From Xylographa opegraphella (taxonomy: Eukaryota): 64,000 nucleotides of DNA. The DNA is taken from positions 248,001-312,000 of the forward strand of contig JALDZX010000025.1 in the NCBI GenBank assembly GCA_022813865.1. Direction: 5' to 3'. Shown piece after piece: positions 58,213-64,000 of this stretch. Made by a program: the position numbers and the translations under genes. The stretch's first letter is position 1. Every line of letters starts with the position of its first letter. The notes below the pieces were generated by a model that was not told the origin of the DNA, did not search any database, and saw only the letters and a list, made by a program, of their open reading frames with translations.

Positions 58213-61200
58213 GCGAAGCGCGAGTAAAAAATATAACTACGATAAAAAATGGTGACAAAGCGTAATAAAACGTAAAATTTTTATTCTTTATAATACGAAT
58301 ATTTTAACATAAAGTTTTAAACACGCGTAATAAACTTCGTTTGTATATAAAAAAACAGCATAGAAATATTTCAATTTAAAATTTTATAAACGCTTTGCTA
58401 AGTAACGCTAAAGTTACGTAGAATAATCGATTAAAATTTCGCGAAATAACTAATCGTAAAGGGTTATAAATATTCAAAACGTAAAGAATTATTTACTTTA
58501 ATAATCGTTTAGCGTAATTTAAGGAAAGCGTAACTTTCATTTTAATATTAACTTTTAAAAAACTTTTAATATTAAATTCTGATTTCGCTCAGGCGCGTAG
58601 TAGGCGTAAACCCTGCGAAACGATCAGTTATAAAAAATTATATTAATCTAAAACGTACGAAATTGTTTGTTTTGAAAATGGTTCAACGTAATCGAGAAAA
58701 AAACGCGTTTTTATTTTAATATCGAATTTTAAAGTCTTATTTTATACTAACGTAAAGGGTTTAGAAAAATTAAAATTAAATAAATAATTAATAGCGTATT
58801 AATTACGACTCGAATATAATTTTACGGCGTATATTTTATTATAATTATAATCAAATTTCGAACGATCATCGAAAATAATAAAAATCAATTCTTAAAGCCT
58901 AAGTTTTTTTTAATAAAAATATAATAAACGTAAAATTATTAAATTATTAAAAACGGCCGTTGTAAAGCGAGTAGAAAATCAGAAGGAAAAGGGTAATTAT
59001 AACGTTACGATATTTATTAACTATACGCAGGTCGAACGCGTAAATAGCGTAAAAAAATATATAATTTTATATTTTTGTTAAATAAGTTTTACGTTTATAT
59101 ATATAAACACTAATAAATTAATTTCGTATAAACCCTTTTAAAATTTACATCGAAGTAAAAATAATCAGTTAATTAATACGAATAATACAGATTAAAAACC
59201 CTTATTACGATATTTTTTTATTATAATTCAATATTTAATTTGAATAAAATTGAAAGCCTTTTTATAAATATCGTTAATAAAGAAAATATAATATATATAT
59301 TATATGAATACATTATATATACTTTAGTTTAACGTTAATTTAAACATTGATTATAGTATTGTTATAATCGTTTTTCATAGCGTTTACATTTTATAAATTA
59401 ATATCGATTTTTAATTTATATAAATATATATTTTTAACGAAAAATTCGAATTATTAATAAAATAAAACTTATAATTACTTGCGTTGTATAATTTTATAAA
59501 GTTAAAATTACGCCTTGATTATTATATTATTAATATGTTTACGTTTTTAATTAATAAATTATTGAACAATAATTTTTAAATTGCGTATTCGTTTTTGCGT
59601 ATTATTCTCATATTAAAATATTTATAAATTTAAATATATATTTATTAAAAATCAGTAAAATTAAATTTTATTCAATTATTCAAATCGTTATTTCATGAGC
59701 AAAAATATCTTGCTGAAAATTTAAAATTTTACGGGTCGTTTATATAGCGCGGAAATAATTTTTTTTTACGCATTTAATAATATTTTAAATATTCAGCACG
59801 TTTAATAAATATTTTTATTTTTAATATTTTTGATAAATATTAAAATACGTTTAAAATACGTTTCAAATTTTTTTAAAATATAATTAAAAATAAAATAAAT
59901 TATAAAGTTTTAAATTAACTAGTATTACTCGTTAATATTCGTTAACGCTTTTACTTTATAAATATTTAATTTAAAAATTTTAACGAATTTGAATTTTTTA
60001 CGTAAAATTAATTTAATTACATATTTATATTATTTATATAAATTTCAATGGAAGGCCTGCTTAAATTTTTTTAAAAAACATTCGATTTTTTTTCGTTTCA
60101 TCAATTTTTATTTATTTTTTAATAATTTTCAAATATATTTTTTAACCGAATTAATTATTTAAATTTTTTATATCTTTTAATTTAATAAGAATTTTGTTAA
60201 ACGTGTCGAATATATTAAAAGCGTCAAATGCGTAAAAAACATGCAAAAAATATATAAAAATTAAAAATCATGTGCTAAATCTGCTGACTTGCTAAATAAG
60301 CAAAAAGTATACTTTTTGATCGAATCTTCGTTTTTCCTTTTTGCTAATGTCGTTTGTGTCAAGCGATTCATTTTTTACAATTTATTCACTTTTGTATTCC
60401 CGACCATTTTAGTAAATCGTTCTCCGTTGTGTGGGCTTTAATCATTATCTTCAAAAATCTTTATCTCGCGGTGCTACATGTTGTTTTCCGCCTTATGATA
60501 TATTGCCATAGTAATGATTTGAGACTTCACTATCCCCGGCTACTGTGTTGCCGCAGGCACTCTGTAAATCACTGTTGCAGCAGTCATCCCCCTTTTCATC
60601 TTTTCGTTGCTGTTATTACCTTCGTCCTTGATTTGGCGATGGATGAGGTCTGCGAAAAAACCTCGGGGTCTCCCATGTGTTGCAATCCGTATAGTGTGTG
60701 CCTTTCTGGTCCCGACTGACGCAAATGTGGACTGCAAAGCTAATAATCACCAGCGCTCGAATTACGAGTATTCTGCATCTTATTTACAGCAACAGGGAGT
60801 ATGTTAGCGGCAATGCAATGTTCGGTATGGCGCAACTGGCATTTGCCATGCACGTGGCCTCAACCTCGTCAACTGCTCCCATCTAATCTGGCGGACAAAC
60901 TCCAGTGGTGGCGAAATGGCTAGTGCGGTTCTTTGTACAAGCTTTCTTATCGTCTCCCGATTCTTTCGCACCGTAGCCGCCAGAATTGCTATACCGTAAC
61001 CTATGTCCGAAGCAACCACCAGTCTTCGTGCTCTTCCACCCACTCGTGCGCAGAAGAAGAGCAAAGCTCCACAGACCTTTCGGTCACGGTTTTTAGAATC
61101 CGAGCCAAAAATTCTCGAACTCAACTATCCAGGTCTCGAAACCCGAGATCTCAAACTGGCTCTCATAATTTCGATGGAGGAGGATCTGAAGCTGGGGGCG

Positions 61201-61595
61201 GCGTCTACTGCGAAAGACCTGAAGTACCACGAAGGGACTTTCGGATAAGGACAAGGAAAATTGAGAGACAAGGTGGTGTAGCGAATGGCAAATCTATGAG
61301 GACATATATATCGAAGGTATTTGATTGAATTGAGAATGAATGAAATATGTAAGTTGTTCTGTTCTGAGTTGCGAGTATCAGGGAAGAGCTAGGGATAGCT
61401 AAAGGTGCAGTTTTTATTTGAATACTTCCGTCGATTCGCGAAAAATTGATATCTGAAACTGCTACGGGCAGGGCCGAGAGGCAGAACACCCTCCGAAGGG
61501 CTCCTGCACCTTTTGCGGTCCTTAAGGATTGCTGCCTAATCAGGAAGTTCTCCATGTACACAGTCAGAGCTTGCAGATCTGAAAACCCTTATCTG

Positions 61596-64000
61596 TCATC
61601 CATCATACAAGCCCACTGGTTTGCTGCTCATTGTATCAACACCCTTTGGTGATTTCTTGTTCCTTTTCTTCTTCCGCTTGATGACGTCCTCTTCGTTCGT
61701 TATGTTCTCAACACCCACCCTAGGACTTCGTTCACCTATTGCGTCTTTCGTAGTAGCTCCCACAATGGACTTTCTTTTCTTCTTCATCTTCTTTTTGACT
61801 AACGTGCCATCTGCAGGAATATCTTCCGCCACCTGTGTCCGCTCAGCTGCTCTCTGCATCTCCATTCGTAACCGGTCAACCTCCACCATGGCTTTGGACA
61901 TCTCGATTTCTTCGAGTTCCTGCGTGTCGTGGTCTAAGTCGCTATCATTCGTATGACCTGAGACATCATTGAGCTGAAGATCTCGGATGCCACTTGAATC
62001 CACCTCTAACAAAGATCTCTTGGATTTTTCTCGACGGTTGCCGTTGACAGAGCTTTCGGTAGTACCAACTACTTTTATTGCGTTTATATCCATATCAGCT
62101 CCATCGTACTCAATGTTCTCATCAGCTGCAATGTGCACCTTCTGCGTGGATTTGCGCTTCGGTTGTTTCGCGTCGCCATCAAAGCTATAGGTGTTGATGC
62201 TCTTATTTCCGAAATCAAGATTCATGATCGGTATTGAGTCAATGTCCATTTCCAGTCCATTGTTTGACTTCAGTATACTCTGCGTCGGTGGGGCAGTTCC
62301 CGAAGAACGTTGGTCTGTATTGGGAATGTAGAAGGGATCGTCCTTGTTTCTTGCGTGTTTCTTCGTACGCCTCAATGCGATGATCTGGGGGTCAAGCATG
62401 TTTTCCGCATTTTGTTTGTACGAGGCCAATTTTTCTACCGGACTTTTAAGTTCCTCAACATCCTGTTCTAGCATCCCTTGTGTGGATACTCTGTGGTAAT
62501 AGAACTGCTCGGTCTCAAAAGAATCTTTGTCCATGAGAACATCTTCCTCCGCACGCATAAGAACTTCCGTGAGTTTGTGACCTATAGGCATTGCGAGGTC
62601 GATATTATTAGGTAACGGCACTTTCCGTTGCGCTGTAGCTGCCACCGGATTCAAGACTAATTCTTTGAAGAGAGATGGCAGTCCATGTGTCAGCAACCTA
62701 GGGCCAACTTCATGCTGAATTCCATGATTTATGACCGCCTCCGCTACGAGTCGCATAAGTTCAAGGAACTGAACCGAACGTTCTTGAGCTTCGAGACTGG
62801 GATGTGTCGCAAGAGGCTCAAGGAATTGAACGATTCGAGACAATAGCAATGAGCAGATGGTCTGCCATTCCTGACTCCATTGCGTTGCCTCAGACGTCAA
62901 AGATGCAAGAATCTTCCCGATGGCATGGATGTAGGCACAAATGATCTGGGAATTGAAGCTCTGTACCGTGGGAAGCAACAGATGATTCACGGTGTCTTGA
63001 CGATTGGAAAGACTGTCTGCGTATTCACCAGCAATCCATGCAGCATAAGCCAGCACCGCCATTCCGTCGAGGCCGGTTTCTATCTCGGATATTTGCTTCC
63101 TTTTGTTCCCTAAGAGCACGTCTGCGGCTCTCACTACCTCCGCTCGTACTGAATCTACTCTAACTGCAACGTTCTGCAGCTCAGTACCGATTACAGCAGA
63201 GATTTCTAAGTCGCTTTCGGCAGAGGGTTTCATGTGTTCCAGTGGCGACACCAAAGGTCTGGTGCTTTGTGGTACTAAGCGGACAAGCTCCACTAGCACA
63301 TCGATGTACCACTCGAAATCTGTGATGTTCTTGTATGTATTGCGCGAGCATATTGTTAAAATTTGCCGAATGATAGTTTCTCGGTATTCATCTGGCATGA
63401 GCGTACTAGCCTCGTGACTTAGCTTGGAGGAGCGAAGCATCTGCTCCGAGTCTTCACCGTCTGAGTCTGCAGCAGGTTCCACCACATCAGCAGCGGTTCT
63501 GTCATGGTATATAATGGCCGTGCTGCGTTGGGAGCTTGCCTCACGCAGCTGGCGCATCAAACGATCGACCACGGCGGTCAGATTTTCTCCGTTAATCATA
63601 CCAGAGCCAAGATCTAGTGCTTGTAGTCGTATTGAAATGTCTGGATCGTCTATACAGTCCATAATGACGTCCTGGTGCACGGATACTAGGTACGGATGGG
63701 AAGCAACAATTTTGTTAAACGCAAGAAGGGCAACGTATTTTACTGTGGCTGATTAGAGCTGGAAAGACATTACTCTGAGTCAATTTACAGTTAGGGTCTC
63801 CCTCCACAGCTATCATCCCTCGAAGCTTCCCCACACAGAGCTCCGCTACTTCATCACCCTCGGGGACGCCCTCGGTACCTTCGAGAATTCCACCTTGGAT
63901 GATACCGTTGACACATTCATAGAGCAATGACATTGCAGGTGTAGTGCGGATGAGTGTGATAAGCGGAGGTAAAAGTTTCTTGATCAGACGTGGTTCTAAA
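61596..64000 (-). CDS. apl5: AP-3 adaptor complex subunit delta (5' end outside the window)
   Basis: LEPRLIKKLLPPL..TTPAMSLLYECVNGIIQGG, GDPN|LKYVALLAF (intron 63743-63788), DPDISIRLQALDL, TDFEWYIDVL, WIAGEY, EAQERS, LNPVAATAQRKVPLP; Lys-rich tail. Confidence 0.95.

Larger units (their letters stand above)
50719..60351. mobile_element. AT-rich block of nested, RIP-like degraded transposons; outer element unidentified
   Basis: Abrupt drop in GC, no intact ORFs, TpA excess; bracketed by GACATTAGC (50719) and its reverse complement GCTAATGTC (60343). Confidence 0.8.

Noticed and set aside
59600..59760. Minus-strand FRAI*TTRKI..DIFAHE segment loosely resembling a DUF3435 tyrosine recombinase
   Set aside because: Too degraded; the expected downstream motifs could not be recovered, so no Starship call is made
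50750..60350. AT-rich block as mitochondrial insertion or contaminant
   Set aside because: Paired LTRs, TSDs and RT/RNase H remnants show degraded nuclear transposons; no organellar genes seen

Overview
Eukaryotic DNA from a filamentous ascomycete (Pezizomycotina-type introns: GT..CTRAC..YAG, 45-140 nt). Positions 1-50.2 kb and 61.6-64 kb are gene-dense: fumarase (partial), a Clg1/Pcl-type cyclin, a secreted GH25-like lysozyme with Cys-rich repeats, an MFS sugar transporter, a degenerate Nudix protein, TAF4, several hypothetical proteins, a ferric reductase, an HLTF/Rad5-like HIRAN-SNF2-RING helicase, an SDR / P450 / nitrilase trio, CENP-X (MHF2), a Met/His-rich GPI-anchored cupredoxin and AP-3 delta (partial). 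About 50.7-60.35 kb is an extremely AT-rich block with the look of RIP-degraded nested transposons. It holds a full-length Ty3/Gypsy element (51954-58212, TSD GCGAA), an unmutated 181-bp solo LTR inside it (TSD GAATC), a second copy of that LTR cut by an assembly gap, and an unidentified outer element bracketed by a 9-bp inverted repeat. The most interesting signals are a head-to-head pair of jointly decayed genes at 32.75-35.2 kb, a cupredoxin gene whose unspliced form is still one open frame, a ~1 kb ATG-depleted region with a single uORF ahead of the cyclin, and the RIP-escaping mini-LTRs. All family calls come from motifs recognised by eye; no searches were run.
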